Positions 1 through 12,050 of a stretch of 64,000 nt of DNA are shown one piece after another. A model generated the notes under the pieces. It had not been told where the DNA came from. It made no database searches and was given only the letters and a program-made list of their open reading frames with translations. How positions within the stretch are numbered: position 1 is the stretch's first letter; the number at the start of each line of letters is the position of its first letter. The position numbers and the translations under genes are program-made. Source of the DNA: Nannocystales bacterium (GTDB taxonomy: Bacteria; Myxococcota_A; Polyangia; Nannocystales; Nannocystaceae); NCBI GenBank assembly GCA_050633305.1, contig JBOEGF010000010.1, positions 416,001 to 480,000 on the forward strand, given 5' to 3'.

Positions 1-14
1 CGGCGGTTCTTGCC

Positions 15-785
15 TTGGTGCTTCCGCCTTCGGTGCTGTGGGGAGCCGCGGTGCTCGCCGGCCGCCCGGGGTTCAGCGCTCAACTTCTGAGTCGGTCGCT
101 CCTCATTGCGACTACGATGGTCGGCAGCGCGAGCTCGCTGTTTCAGAACGCGAGCTTCGACAGTCAGCTTGGGCTTGGTCTCGGATGGAGCACGACACGT
201 GTGCTCGTACCTGCCGGTCTCCTCATCGGGCTGACGCTCGGCGGGCATGGGCTGACGACCCCGCATCGTCACCGCGAGCGGGGCGGATTCGAGATGGTGC
301 TGTCGCTGTCGCTGGTGATGGGTGTCGCAGATGCGATGTTCCTGGCATTCGTTGCCGCCGTGACCTTTGGGACGGTGTCGGTTGGGCCGTGGCCGTTCGT
401 ACTCCCTATTGTTCTGATGGTCGCTGCCCACGGCTTGTTCCGTGGACGGGTTTGGGGCTTGCTGTTGATGGCGCTGACAAACCTCGCGGAGGTCCTGCTG
501 GTTCTCGACGGTTCGCTTCTGGGCGATTCGATCGTGACCCAGACTGCTGCGGCACTGCTGGTCCTCACGGCCACCATCCAGCTGCTGCTCCCGGTGCCGG
601 TCTACGCTGCAATGCTGGCTCCGCGCCGGGCGTGGGTCGAACGCCTCCAGGCGACGGATGGGTCTCTCGCCCGCATCCTCACGCTGTTGCTCGCCTTCTT
701 CCTCGCGCTGGCGGCGCTGGCATCGACGGTGGTCTTCCCGATGCTGTCGATGGCCTGGGAACAGGGTCTGCTGCCGAGACCGTAG
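15..785 (+). CDS. Hypothetical polytopic membrane protein (start uncertain, may extend upstream of window)
   Basis: ORF with about 7 hydrophobic segments; stop lies just upstream of the rplY promoter. Confidence 0.6.
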   Translation: MVLPPSVLWGAAVLAGRPGFSAQLLSRSLLIATTMVGSASSLFQNASFDSQLGLGLGWSTTRVLVPAGLLIGLTLGGHGLTTPHRHRERGGFEMVLSLSLVMGVADAMFLAFVAAVTFGTVSVGPWPFVLPIVLMVAAHGLFRGRVWGLLLMALTNLAEVLLVLDGSLLGDSIVTQTAAALLVLTATIQLLLPVPVYAAMLAPRRAWVERLQATDGSLARILTLLLAFFLALAALASTVVFPMLSMAWEQGLLPRP

Positions 786-836
786 CGGCGCAGGGTGGGC
801 GAAAACGCGCAGGTGAGGTCGCACCTCCGCCTTCAT

Positions 837-866
837 TTGACACCCCCCAGCGGGGTCCTCCATCCT
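837..866 (+). promoter_or_regulatory. Putative sigma70 promoter for rplY-pth
   Basis: TTGACA (837-842), 18-nt spacer, CATCCT (861-866). Confidence 0.4.
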
Positions 867-944
867 CCCGCCTCCGGGTTCCCTCGGCGGCGTGCTGGTG
901 CACCTATCCGAGCCCCGAAAACCGAATCAGAAGGAAGAATTATC

Positions 945-1553
945 ATGGCCGAATTTGGCAACATCAACGTTTCCGTCCGCACCAAGACCGGCAAAGGCGT
1001 CGCCCGCTCGATCCGCCGCGAAGGTCTTGTCCCCGGTGTCCTGTACGGCGCGGCTGGAGAGAACCTGTCCCTTACGCTCAGCCCCCACGAGCTGATGAAG
1101 GCGACCGATCCAGAGCGTAGCTGGAACACGATGTACACCCTCACGATCACGAACGAGGGCAAAGAGACCACGCAGACCGCCATGGTCAGCGATGTGCAGG
1201 TTCACGCCGTGCGCCGCGACGTCGAGCACATCGACTTCATGCGCGTCGACCCCGAGGCCGAGGTCATCCGGAAGATTCCGGTCCGCTTCGAAGGTCGGCC
1301 CGCGGGCGTCGTCAAGGGCGGCAAGCTCAAGACGTACCGCCGCACCGTTCGCATCGCCTGTAAGCCTGGCGAAGTCCCGGTCGAGCTTCTCGTCGAGATG
1401 TCGGGCGTCGATGCCGGAGAGTCGCTCCGCATGAAGGACGTGCAGCCGACCAACGGCCGCTTGGTCGAGCCCGAGGATGCGCGTCTGTGCTTCGTCGATC
1501 TTCCGAAGTCTGCTCCCGCAGGCGAGGGTGACGACGCTGCGGCGGACGCATAG
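945..1553 (+). CDS. rplY: 50S ribosomal protein L25/general stress protein Ctc
   Basis: RTKTGKGVARSIRREGLVPGVLYG and HIDFMRV motifs plus C-terminal Ctc domain; AAGGAAG RBS before ATG 945; adjacent to pth. Confidence 0.95.
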   Translation: MAEFGNINVSVRTKTGKGVARSIRREGLVPGVLYGAAGENLSLTLSPHELMKATDPERSWNTMYTLTITNEGKETTQTAMVSDVQVHAVRRDVEHIDFMRVDPEAEVIRKIPVRFEGRPAGVVKGGKLKTYRRTVRIACKPGEVPVELLVEMSGVDAGESLRMKDVQPTNGRLVEPEDARLCFVDLPKSAPAGEGDDAAADA

Positions 1554-1561
1554 ACCGGACG

Positions 1562-2197
1562 ATGGCCGACGCTGCCCCATGGTTGCTCGTCGGGCTCGGG
1601 AATCCGGGCCCGAAGTACGCCAACAATCGCCACAACGTGGGGTTCATGGCTGTCGACCGCTGGCTCGATCGGCACGGGACACCCGGTGCCGACGGCTGGC
1701 GGGAGAAGTTTCATGGGGAGTTCTCCAGTGTCAGCACTCGCTTCGGCCGGTGTGTGGTGCTCAAGCCGCAAACGTTCATGAACGTGAGCGGCAAGTCTGT
1801 GGGAGCGGCCTGCACCTTCTATCGAGTGCCGCCCTCCAGGCTCATCGTGCTGCACGACGAGCTCGACTTTGAGGTTGGGCGGGTCGCGATCAAGAAAGGT
1901 GGCGGTCACGGAGGCCACAACGGTCTTCGCGACATCGCCTCCGTCCTCGGCTCAAAGGACTTTGTGCGGGTCCGGATGGGGATTGGGCGGCCACCCCACG
2001 GCAACATGGATGTGTCGGCCTGGGTCCTGAAGGACTTCTCGGCGGACGAGGCAGCAGATCTCGGAGATCTCGTGGATCGCGCACATGAAGCTGCCACCGC
2101 GGTGATGACTCACGGGGTCGCTGCCGCGATGAACGAAATCAACCAAACAAGCTCGAAGAAACCCAAGCCAGCGCCCAAGTCACAGTCCGTGGACTGA
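1562..2197 (+). CDS. pth: Peptidyl-tRNA hydrolase
   Basis: LVGLGNPG, NRHNVGF, KPQTFMNVSG, HDELD and GGHNGLR motifs. Confidence 0.97.
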   Translation: MADAAPWLLVGLGNPGPKYANNRHNVGFMAVDRWLDRHGTPGADGWREKFHGEFSSVSTRFGRCVVLKPQTFMNVSGKSVGAACTFYRVPPSRLIVLHDELDFEVGRVAIKKGGGHGGHNGLRDIASVLGSKDFVRVRMGIGRPPHGNMDVSAWVLKDFSADEAADLGDLVDRAHEAATAVMTHGVAAAMNEINQTSSKKPKPAPKSQSVD

Positions 2198-2303
2198 GGC
2201 TGGGCTGGCCGGGTTGCGAACCCAGCAGCTCCCCGCACCCCGCGGAATTCTGGTAAGCAGTGCCCGCTTTTCGAGCCACCCCCCTCGAAGGACACCGTCG
2301 AAA

Positions 2304-4472
<2,169 letters not shown>

Positions 4473-4530
4473 GCGAAGACCCTGGAGGCTCTCCTGAGCC
4501 ACCCTCCGCCGAGATCGACCTCGGCGGGCA

Positions 4531-4570
4531 GAAGACGCCGGTTCCGAAAGGGGCCGGCGTTTCTCGTTTT
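4531..4570 (+). terminator. Rho-independent terminator after hppA
   Basis: GACGCCGGTTCC-GAAA-GGGGCCGGCGTT stem followed by T-rich tail. Confidence 0.75.
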
Positions 4571-4596
4571 CGCAAACGCCGCGGTAGGCTTGGGGA

Positions 4597-5898
4597 ATGC
4601 GGATGGGACTGACAGTCATGGCGACCTTCCTGGTCCCCAGCTGCGTGGGTCTCAATCCCGCGTTTGAGGACCAGGCGGAGGACGGCAGCGGAGGGGAGAC
4701 CTCGAAGGGCACGGGCGGAGGCGGCCCGACCGGTGGAGCCTCGACCGTCGCCAGCGGTTCCGCATCTGGAGCGACCGGGGCTTCGACCCTTTCCACCGGA
4801 ACGGGCTCTGTCTCGGATCTCGGAGATGGAACAGCGACCGGCTCCGAAGTGATGCCCGCAAACTGGTGGGACCCGGACTACCGCCACCGGGTGGAGCTCG
4901 TGTTTGAGCCCCGGGACGAGGCGCTGTCGGGCTTCGTGACCTACGTGCCGTTGAACCTCAGCCCCTCGCGGCTCGAGGGGGTCACGAGGTCGAAGCTCGC
5001 GTTCGTCGATCCCAACTCGAACACGCGAATCCCTGCGGAGGTCCCGGTCCTGGTCCCTTCCGCGGGGGAACTCGCAGCTTGGGTCCAGCTCCCCGTGTGG
5101 AGGAGCGACGAGCCCACCAGCGTCTTTCTCTACTTCGGGTACTCCGCTCCCGACACCCCCAGCGAGAGCCCTTGGTCAGGGCACGTCGCGGTCTGGCACA
5201 TGGACGAACTCTCCGGGGGCGGACTCACTCCGGACGCGGCGGGTTCGGCCGATGCCGAGCAGGTTGACGCTGGCGGGAGTCCACTCAGTCTCGAGCCCGG
5301 CATCGTCGGGGATGCGCTTCAGTTCGATGGCGAGACGAACCGGCTCGGTGCCACGATCTCCGACGGCCTCGTCGATGACACCTTCTTGGTCTCGGCCTGG
5401 GTGTTGACCACGAGCTACGCGGAAGCCGGCAGTCCGATCATCGCGCGCGGAGATCGTTCCGGTCCGAGCTGGTCGGATCACGAGTGGGTGATGGGCTTCA
5501 CCCCAGATCGTGCGGAGGTTCGCGTGCACGACGACTTGCTGAACGACACCGAGCCGAGGAACGCAGGCGTGGTCCATCCGGAACTCGGCTGGCATCACTA
5601 CGCTTTCCTCTACACGGGCAGCAGTATCCGCCTCTACGTCGATGGGGTGAGCCCTGTGGCAGCAGGGGTGACCGCCGGGATGGATCATGTCCTCAGTGAG
5701 GTTTCGATCGGCGGCTATCCGGACGCTCCCGCGCCAGAGTGGGAAGCGGGACGCCTGGAAGGGCGGATCGATGAGCTTCGATGGCGCCGGGGTGCCGACG
5801 TGGATGGACCCCACAACACCTGGGTCGACACGTTGTACGAGTCCCAGCTGGAACCGGAGACCACGTTCGCCGTTGGGCCCGTGGAAGACCTTCCCTGA
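4597..5898 (+). CDS. Lipoprotein with Ser/Thr/Gly stalk, DUF2341-like region and LamG/ConA-like domain
   Basis: Lipobox [41 protein letters not shown]...RLYVDG; GRIDELR. Confidence 0.75.
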   Translation: MRMGLTVMATFLVPSCVGLNPAFEDQAEDGSGGETSKGTGGGGPTGGASTVASGSASGATGASTLSTGTGSVSDLGDGTATGSEVMPANWWDPDYRHRVELVFEPRDEALSGFVTYVPLNLSPSRLEGVTRSKLAFVDPNSNTRIPAEVPVLVPSAGELAAWVQLPVWRSDEPTSVFLYFGYSAPDTPSESPWSGHVAVWHMDELSGGGLTPDAAGSADAEQVDAGGSPLSLEPGIVGDALQFDGETNRLGATISDGLVDDTFLVSAWVLTTSYAEAGSPIIARGDRSGPSWSDHEWVMGFTPDRAEVRVHDDLLNDTEPRNAGVVHPELGWHHYAFLYTGSSIRLYVDGVSPVAAGVTAGMDHVLSEVSIGGYPDAPAPEWEAGRLEGRIDELRWRRGADVDGPHNTWVDTLYESQLEPETTFAVGPVEDLP

Positions 5899-5937
5899 GA
5901 GAGGAGCTTGGGAGGGGGGCCCCCGAGACAGACCCGT

Positions 5938-6870
5938 CTACAGCGCGATGCCAAACAGTTGCAGCGCGACGAACGTGCCGCCGAGCGCAGCGACAGGGAC
6001 CGAGAGGTTGTCGTCGATGCTGCGGCTGAAGAGCTCGGCGAGTGCACCGCACAGGCCTGCCGCGAACGAGACTCCGAGCACGGGGAGCAGACCAAGGTCC
6101 GGTCGTGCGAGCGTGAGGGCCAAAGCGCCCGCGAGGGTGCCGACCAAGACGAACGCGCTGGTCCCCTCGAGCGAACGTCCGTTGACGAGCGGAGTTCGAC
6201 CGAACTTACGTCCGAGGATGCCTGCGGCGGGGTCGCCGAACGCGAGCACCGCGACGGGCACGACCATGAGCGAGACCGACCCGGTCAGGGTGAGCCCGAA
6301 CAGCGCGCTGGTGTACCAGGTGGCGGAGTTGACCCGGTTCCACTCAGAAGGGTGCGCGACGTGCTTGAAGCCCCGCATGAGGATGGCGTTGGCACGTGGC
6401 GAAACGCGCCGTGCGATCTCGGCGGACCAGCCCCACGCGGCGAAAGCCCCGGCGACCCACACGAGTTGGTGCAGCGGGAGCAGTGCGATCGCTAGGACGA
6501 GCGAGACGACGCCACACCCAGCGTGGAAGATCGAGCGCGTGTAGTTGATCGGCCGAGCCGGCTTCTCCGGATCGTCAGCCGTCAGGATGCAGGTGAGACC
6601 TTCGTACGCCTCGGTGAGGTCGGACCGCAGCGCCTCCCACGTGTTGGCGTCCGGTGTGTACTCGGCGAGCGTCGCCTTGAGCGTCTCGATGAGTTCGGTG
6701 AGGTCTTCGTCCGCCGCGGCCCTTCGCGTCATCGACTTGAGCCGGCGACTCAAGGACTCGACCTGCGCGTGGACGACCTCCGGCACGAGTGCATCGAAGT
6801 CGAGCGACTCGATCAGCGCGGCGATCTCTTCCGCGAGGGCTCTGGAGCCTTGTTGGAGTGCGACGTCGAT
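5938..6870 (-). CDS. CTP-dependent polyprenol (dolichol/phytol)/diacylglycerol kinase family membrane protein; start uncertain
   Basis: RSIFH, GDPAAGILGRKFG, RSLEGT and DDNLSVP motifs; N-terminal soluble helical region. Confidence 0.75.
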   Translation of the reverse strand: MDVALQQGSRALAEEIAALIESLDFDALVPEVVHAQVESLSRRLKSMTRRAAADEDLTELIETLKATLAEYTPDANTWEALRSDLTEAYEGLTCILTADDPEKPARPINYTRSIFHAGCGVVSLVLAIALLPLHQLVWVAGAFAAWGWSAEIARRVSPRANAILMRGFKHVAHPSEWNRVNSATWYTSALFGLTLTGSVSLMVVPVAVLAFGDPAAGILGRKFGRTPLVNGRSLEGTSAFVLVGTLAGALALTLARPDLGLLPVLGVSFAAGLCGALAELFSRSIDDNLSVPVAALGGTFVALQLFGIAL

Positions 6871-7038
6871 GCGGGCAAAGGTAGGCGGACACGGGCCCTC
6901 GCGCCATTTTTTTCTCCCAAGCCACGGGACCGATGTGCGCCGTCGCGCGGTGTGTTTTCCCGCGAAATCGGCTGCACGCCCACGGCTGCGCAGGAGCGAG
7001 CTGCGTTCGCGCCGGTTCGTGCGAGTATGGTCGCCGCG

Positions 7039-7362
7039 ATGGAGCTCGATTGCGGCGCGTGCGGAGCTTGCTGCTTCAACCCACAGTCCAATGTAGAGCG
7101 TGGGTTCACCGCGTACGTCGAGATCGATGACCCCCGGTCCAAGTTGGTCCGCGACCCTAGCCTCAAGCGCCGGTACGTCTCCCGGGATAAGGAAGGCCGG
7201 CCACATTTGCGCATGGCGGGAGATCGCTGTTCGGCGCTTGAAGGCTCGTTGGGCGAGTACGTTCGATGTGTCGTCTATGCGCATCGCCCGGATCCGTGCA
7301 GAAACCTGACGGCCGGTGACTCGGACTGCCTGCACGCTCGCCGAGAGCGTGGCCTCGCATAG
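7039..7362 (+). CDS. YkgJ family cysteine-cluster (CxxCxxCC) protein
   Basis: DCGACGACC...RCSAL...CVVYAHRPDPCR. Confidence 0.85.
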   Translation: MELDCGACGACCFNPQSNVERGFTAYVEIDDPRSKLVRDPSLKRRYVSRDKEGRPHLRMAGDRCSALEGSLGEYVRCVVYAHRPDPCRNLTAGDSDCLHARRERGLA

Positions 7363-7429
7363 CATCACCTCACAGCAGCTCGGCCTGGCGGAACAATTTG
7401 CGCCATGGGCCGGTTGAGCCCCCTGATCG

Positions 7430-8038
7430 ATGACGAATCTACCTGCCAATCCAGCGTCCGCCACACCCGCGATTCTCGACGAAGAGTTTGGCCTCTCCTT
7501 GATGGAAGGAGAGGAGGTTCTGTTGCAGGGGCGTCCACAGGCCGCGCCGCTACAGCGCTACTTCATGTTGACCGCGCTGTTGGTCATGTTCGTCACGGTG
7601 TTCGGGTTGCTCGGGCTCCCGCTGGCCTACTTCATCGTCCGGGCGTACGTGAACAAGCACCGCTACTGGTTGACGAACTCCCGGGTGGTGGTCACGACGG
7701 GCATCATCGGATTTCGGGCGCGTTCGATCCCACTCGAGCGGGTCAGCGATGTGGCGATCTCGTGCGATTGGCTGGAGAAGCTGATGGGCATGCGGACGGT
7801 GGTCGTCCGCGACATGACAGGAGAGGCGCTTGCGGGCGCCAACATGCGGGCGTTCGAGAACCCGACCGACCTCCAGCAGAAGATCCTCGACCAGGTGCAT
7901 CGGGTGAACCGCCGGGAGGGGAAGGAGTCGGTCGCACTCGACGAGCCGGGTCGCCCGTATCGGCAGATCGAAGGCGGCCAATCCTCGGAGATGCTGGAAT
8001 TGCTTCGGCGCATCGAAGCGAACACCCGCGACGCATAG
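7430..8038 (+). CDS. Membrane protein with bacterial PH domain (YdbS-like)
   Basis: Two TM helices, then RYWLTNSRVVVTTGIIG...SIPLERVSDV. Confidence 0.75.
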   Translation: MTNLPANPASATPAILDEEFGLSLMEGEEVLLQGRPQAAPLQRYFMLTALLVMFVTVFGLLGLPLAYFIVRAYVNKHRYWLTNSRVVVTTGIIGFRARSIPLERVSDVAISCDWLEKLMGMRTVVVRDMTGEALAGANMRAFENPTDLQQKILDQVHRVNRREGKESVALDEPGRPYRQIEGGQSSEMLELLRRIEANTRDA

Positions 8039-8058
8039 CAGGTCCTGGAGCGCGTCCC

Positions 8059-8784
8059 TCACCCGCCTCCGCGTAGCCGGCGTTTTAGGTCTGGGAGCAG
8101 TCGCCGGCTGACGGGGACTCGAGAGCCATCGCGGAGGTTCACCGTGCTCTCTCCAGCGCCGATCCGCACGGACACCACGGCGGCCAAGTTGACCAACTCG
8201 GCCCGGTGAACTCGCACGAAATCCCATGCCGCGAGGCGGCGCTCCATCTCGGCGAGGGAGTCGTCGAGGATGTACTCGACGCCATCGACCCAGAACATCG
8301 TGACCTTGTCCCGGGCGTGAAGCCGCTGGACGGCGACGGCATCGAAGACGTGCAGGGTGTCTCCGGTCCGAGCGGTGAGGCGGGGAGGTCGTCCTCGGTC
8401 TACGCGCTCCGAAGGGGCCGCCCGCTGGGGAATCAACGACCGCCGACTCCGGGCGCGCTCGAGCGCCTGTCGAAGTCGGTCCCGGCTCACAGGTTTGAGG
8501 AGGTAGTCCACCGCGTCCAGCCCGAACGCCTCCAGTGCATGTTCGCGGTGCGCGGTCACGAAGATGACGGCGGGAAGGTTCGTCGTCGCGGCGAGTGTCA
8601 GCCCATCGCACTCGGGCATGTCGATGTCGAGCAACACCGCGTCGGGCGCGAGCGTACTGAGGCGGTCCCGTGCCTGGGAACCATCGCTCGCTGTCCCCAC
8701 GACCTCGATGCCCTCCAAGCCCTTCAGCATGCGCTCGAGTCGACGCCGGGCCAGCGGTTCATCGTCGACGATCATGACCTTCAT
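8059..8784 (-). CDS. LytTR family response regulator
   Basis: IVDDEPLA, LDIDMP and DYLLKP receiver motifs; FVRVHRAELVN...VPVSRR LytTR domain. Confidence 0.93.
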   Translation of the reverse strand: MKVMIVDDEPLARRRLERMLKGLEGIEVVGTASDGSQARDRLSTLAPDAVLLDIDMPECDGLTLAATTNLPAVIFVTAHREHALEAFGLDAVDYLLKPVSRDRLRQALERARSRRSLIPQRAAPSERVDRGRPPRLTARTGDTLHVFDAVAVQRLHARDKVTMFWVDGVEYILDDSLAEMERRLAAWDFVRVHRAELVNLAAVVSVRIGAGESTVNLRDGSRVPVSRRLLPDLKRRLRGGG

Positions 8785-9827
8785 CGGATGGCCTCCTCAT
8801 GGGGAAGTGACACGGCGACCCGATAGCCGCCCTCCGCTCGGGGGCCAGCCGATACGGTGGCACCGGATCCGTACTCGAGCTGAAGGCGCTCGCGCAGGGT
8901 TTTCTCCCCAACCTGGGTGCCCTTGGTTTCGCCCGTTCCCGGACCATCGTCGGTCACCTCGAGGTGAAGCCGAGCATCTTGCGCGTACCCGCGGACGTGG
9001 ATGGAACCGCCGTCTCGGCGAGGAGCGACGGCGTACTTGACCGCGTTTTCAACCATCGGTTGCAGGAGCAGGGTGGGGACGGTCGCGTTGCCAAGCTCGT
9101 CGTCGATCTCGAGGGTCCACCGGAGTCGGTCACCGAACCGGAGCCGCTCCATCTCCAAGTAGTCCGCAAGTGCCGAGAGCTCGGTGCGCAGTGGGGTCTT
9201 TCGGGCTTCGGTGCTCTCGAGCGCGTGGCGAAGCAGCTCACACAACCGCTGCAGCGCATCGACGGCGGCGGGAGGGTCCTCTTCGATCAGGCCGGCCAGG
9301 CTGTTGAGACTGTTGAACAGGAAGTGTGGATTGAGACGCGCCCGCAGGTTCGACAGTTGGGCTTCGAGCAGCTCGCGCCGTGCTTGCTCCTCGCGCAGTT
9401 CGACCGCGCGGGCGTGGGCCCGGAGTCGGTCGAAGGCCACGCTCACCACGAGGACGACCAGCGTCACGACTCCCGCAAAGCGCCAGACGATCGTGCGAGA
9501 CCCGTGGAGCTCGAGCGACATCACGCGGAGCACCAGCAGCGCGAGTTCGACGCCGAGCGCGACCGAGAGCGCGAAGGCGAGCGTTTTGACCACGACTCCG
9601 CGCCAGCCGGTCAGCGCAAACCTTGGCAGGACGCGCCCGAAAGCCAGGGAGGTGATGGTGCCGATGCAGACTGAAAACGCCAGGTTGGCGGTCATCGTGA
9701 TCAGGAGGTCGCGCCAGCTCCAACGGGCGCCGACCATGAACACACTGAGCGTGCCGGCGATCAGCAGGTGCAGCCCCAGCCCGCCGAGGAAGGCCCGGAC
9801 GCGCGAACGCGTTCGTTCAGGCGGCAT
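8781..9827 (-). CDS. LytS/YehU-type sensor histidine kinase
   Basis: LRARLNPHFLFNSLNS, LQPMVENAVK, EVTDDGPG; 4 TM helices; ATGA overlap with the regulator. Confidence 0.93.
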   Translation of the reverse strand: MPPERTRSRVRAFLGGLGLHLLIAGTLSVFMVGARWSWRDLLITMTANLAFSVCIGTITSLAFGRVLPRFALTGWRGVVVKTLAFALSVALGVELALLVLRVMSLELHGSRTIVWRFAGVVTLVVLVVSVAFDRLRAHARAVELREEQARRELLEAQLSNLRARLNPHFLFNSLNSLAGLIEEDPPAAVDALQRLCELLRHALESTEARKTPLRTELSALADYLEMERLRFGDRLRWTLEIDDELGNATVPTLLLQPMVENAVKYAVAPRRDGGSIHVRGYAQDARLHLEVTDDGPGTGETKGTQVGEKTLRERLQLEYGSGATVSAGPRAEGGYRVAVSLPHEEAIR

Positions 9828-10563
9828 CACGAACCATCTTGCGGGCGTGAAGCTTCCGGGTCCACATCGAGGTTGCGACGATGCCCAGAGCAACCGGGAT
9901 GGTCCAGGCGAGGGTCATCGCGACAGCTCCAGTGGTGAGCCGAGACGAGAGCTGCACCGTGAATGCGGTTGTTGCGGCGGTGCAGCCCCCCAGCATCGCC
10001 TGGATGTGTGTACGCAGCCACGGCGGCGCAGTGCGACTTGGACGAAGCGAGCGGACCGCGTTGGTGAGACCGAGGCCGCCGCCAATCGCGAGGAAGGGGT
10101 CGAACCCCGTGATGCAGGCGACGAGTGCGGCAACCCCGGCGAGCCCGAGGAGGACCGAGATCATACGTCCGAGCGGGTGACGGCTAGGATCGGCGCGGCG
10201 GCGTCGGGACGCGAGAATGCCGAAGGTGATCGCTTGCGCCGTCACCAGCGAGAGCACGAGGAAGAAGAACCCCGCTGCCCGCAACTGCTCCGTCACTTCC
10301 GCTGCTGCCTTGGGGTTGTTGGGCAGCGGTCTGACCAAGTCAGGCACCGCGATCCAGCTCAACGCCACGAGGAGCCCGGTTGCCGAGGTTGTCGCCATGG
10401 CGAGCGAAAATCCCCAGCCCGTGCGGCGGTGGGGGAGTGAGCCCTTGCGGGCGATGAGCGCGCCGAGCATCGAGAGCAGGCCAACGACGCCCGCGGTGAT
10501 ATGGACCGCCACCAGTGCGCCGTACACCGTCACGACCTTCAGCGTGAGGTCTCTCGGGCGCAT
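9817..10563 (-). CDS. DUF2306-like membrane protein
   Basis: HITAG...RKGSLPHRRTG...WLRTHIQAMLGG with about 8 TM helices; overlaps the kinase start. Confidence 0.7.
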   Translation of the reverse strand: MRPRDLTLKVVTVYGALVAVHITAGVVGLLSMLGALIARKGSLPHRRTGWGFSLAMATTSATGLLVALSWIAVPDLVRPLPNNPKAAAEVTEQLRAAGFFFLVLSLVTAQAITFGILASRRRRADPSRHPLGRMISVLLGLAGVAALVACITGFDPFLAIGGGLGLTNAVRSLRPSRTAPPWLRTHIQAMLGGCTAATTAFTVQLSSRLTTGAVAMTLAWTIPVALGIVATSMWTRKLHARKMVRDAA

Positions 10564-10578
10564 GTCGCGATTGCGCCG

Positions 10579-10649
10579 ATGAGTGGTCGCAGGCACCGAC
10601 GGCCGGTAGGCGAAGCCGAGCGAGCGGTGTTGCAAGATCCGCGAGCGGG
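10579..10649 (-). promoter_or_regulatory. Four LytTR-type direct-repeat boxes
   Basis: Minus-strand 9-mers CCCGCTCGC, ACCGCTCGC, ACCGGCCGT and ACCACTCAT at periods of 21/21/20 bp, upstream of the LytS/LytTR operon. Confidence 0.65.
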
Positions 10650-10669
10650 CCGCAGGATTCGGCCGACCG

Positions 10670-12037
10670 ATGCAGTCCATCAACCCTGCGACTGGCGAGA
10701 CTCTGCGAACGTACCCCGAGCCCGACGATGCCGCGGTCGAGGCCGTGATGGCGCGCGTCGATGAGGCGTCGACAGCGTGGGCGGATGAGTCGTTCGAGGT
10801 CCGTAGCGCCCTGTTGCTGGCCATCGCAGACCAGCTCGAGTTGCAACGAGAAGCTCTGGCCACGCTCATCGTCGAGGAGATGGGGAAGCCGGTCACGCAA
10901 GCGCTGGCAGAGGTCCAGAAGTGCGCCCTTGTCTGCCGTTTCTTCGCGGAGCAGGCTCCGGGCTTTCTGGCGGATGAATCCGTGGACGTCGAGGGCGGGG
11001 CGGACGCCAAGGTCACGTATCGGCCGCTCGGTGTGATTCTCGCGATCCTGCCGTGGAACTTCCCGCTGTGGCAGGCGTTTCGGTTTGTCGCTCCGGCGCT
11101 CATGGCCGGGAATGGTGTTGTGGTCAAGCCCGCACCCAACGTCTTGGGCTGCGGACTCGCTGTTCAACAGCTCCTGCTCGATGCGGGTGTCCCCGAAGGC
11201 CTCGTCCCCTCCTTGGGCGTCTCCAATGCCCGCGTAGAAGGTCTCATCCGTGACCCCCGAATCGCCGCGGTTACGCTCACTGGGAGCGACCGGGCGGGCC
11301 GTGCTGTGGCTGCCATCGCTGGCAGTGAACTCAAGAAGGTCGTCCTCGAACTCGGTGGGAGCGACCCGTACGTGGTGCTGGCGGATGCTGATCTCGATCA
11401 AGCGGTCGAGGCCTCGGTGCGGAGCCGCTTGAACAACGGCGGGCAGAGCTGCATCGGTGCCAAGCGCATCATCGTCGAGGAATCGGTGGCCGAGGCATTT
11501 GCGGAGAAGCTGCGGACGCGCCTGTGTTCGATCGAGTACGGCGATCCCAGGGACCCCGCCACGATGTTGGGCCCCATGGCACGGGCTGACCTGCGCGACC
11601 AAGTCCATACTCAGGTCGAGCGGTGCATCGCAGGGGGGGCTCGACTGGAGTTGGGCGGACACGTTCCCGGACAGGCGGGCTGTTGGTATCCGCTCACACT
11701 GTTGACCGGGGTGAGTGCAGAATCACCCGCGTTTCGCGAGGAGCTGTTCGGCCCGGTGTTCACCCTGTGTGTCGCCCGGGACGAGCCCGATGCGATCTCG
11801 CTGGCCAACTCGAGTGACTTCGGGCTGGGTGCGGCCGTGTTCACAGGGGACGTTCGGCGCGGGGAAGACATCGCTCGGCGTCAGTTGCAAGCCGGCTCGT
11901 GTTTTGTGAATGCGTCCGTGCGCTCGGACCCGCGGCTCCCGTTCGGCGGTATCAAACGCTCGGGGTATGGCCGTGAACTCGGACGGCACGGGATCCTCGA
12001 GTTCGTGAACGCGAAGACCGTTTGGGTTCAGCCCTGA
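10670..12037 (+). CDS. NAD(P)-dependent succinate-semialdehyde dehydrogenase (Sad/GabD1-like ALDH)
   Basis: PWNFP, TLTGS, LELGGSDP, catalytic NGGQSC, EELFGP, PFGGIKRSGYGRE. Confidence 0.9.
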   Translation: MQSINPATGETLRTYPEPDDAAVEAVMARVDEASTAWADESFEVRSALLLAIADQLELQREALATLIVEEMGKPVTQALAEVQKCALVCRFFAEQAPGFLADESVDVEGGADAKVTYRPLGVILAILPWNFPLWQAFRFVAPALMAGNGVVVKPAPNVLGCGLAVQQLLLDAGVPEGLVPSLGVSNARVEGLIRDPRIAAVTLTGSDRAGRAVAAIAGSELKKVVLELGGSDPYVVLADADLDQAVEASVRSRLNNGGQSCIGAKRIIVEESVAEAFAEKLRTRLCSIEYGDPRDPATMLGPMARADLRDQVHTQVERCIAGGARLELGGHVPGQAGCWYPLTLLTGVSAESPAFREELFGPVFTLCVARDEPDAISLANSSDFGLGAAVFTGDVRRGEDIARRQLQAGSCFVNASVRSDPRLPFGGIKRSGYGRELGRHGILEFVNAKTVWVQP

Positions 12038-12050
12038 GCGGCCGAACTGC

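Noticed and set aside
7386..7401. Sigma54-like TGGCGGAACAATTTGC
   Set aside because: GG-to-GC spacing is 11 nt rather than the required 10
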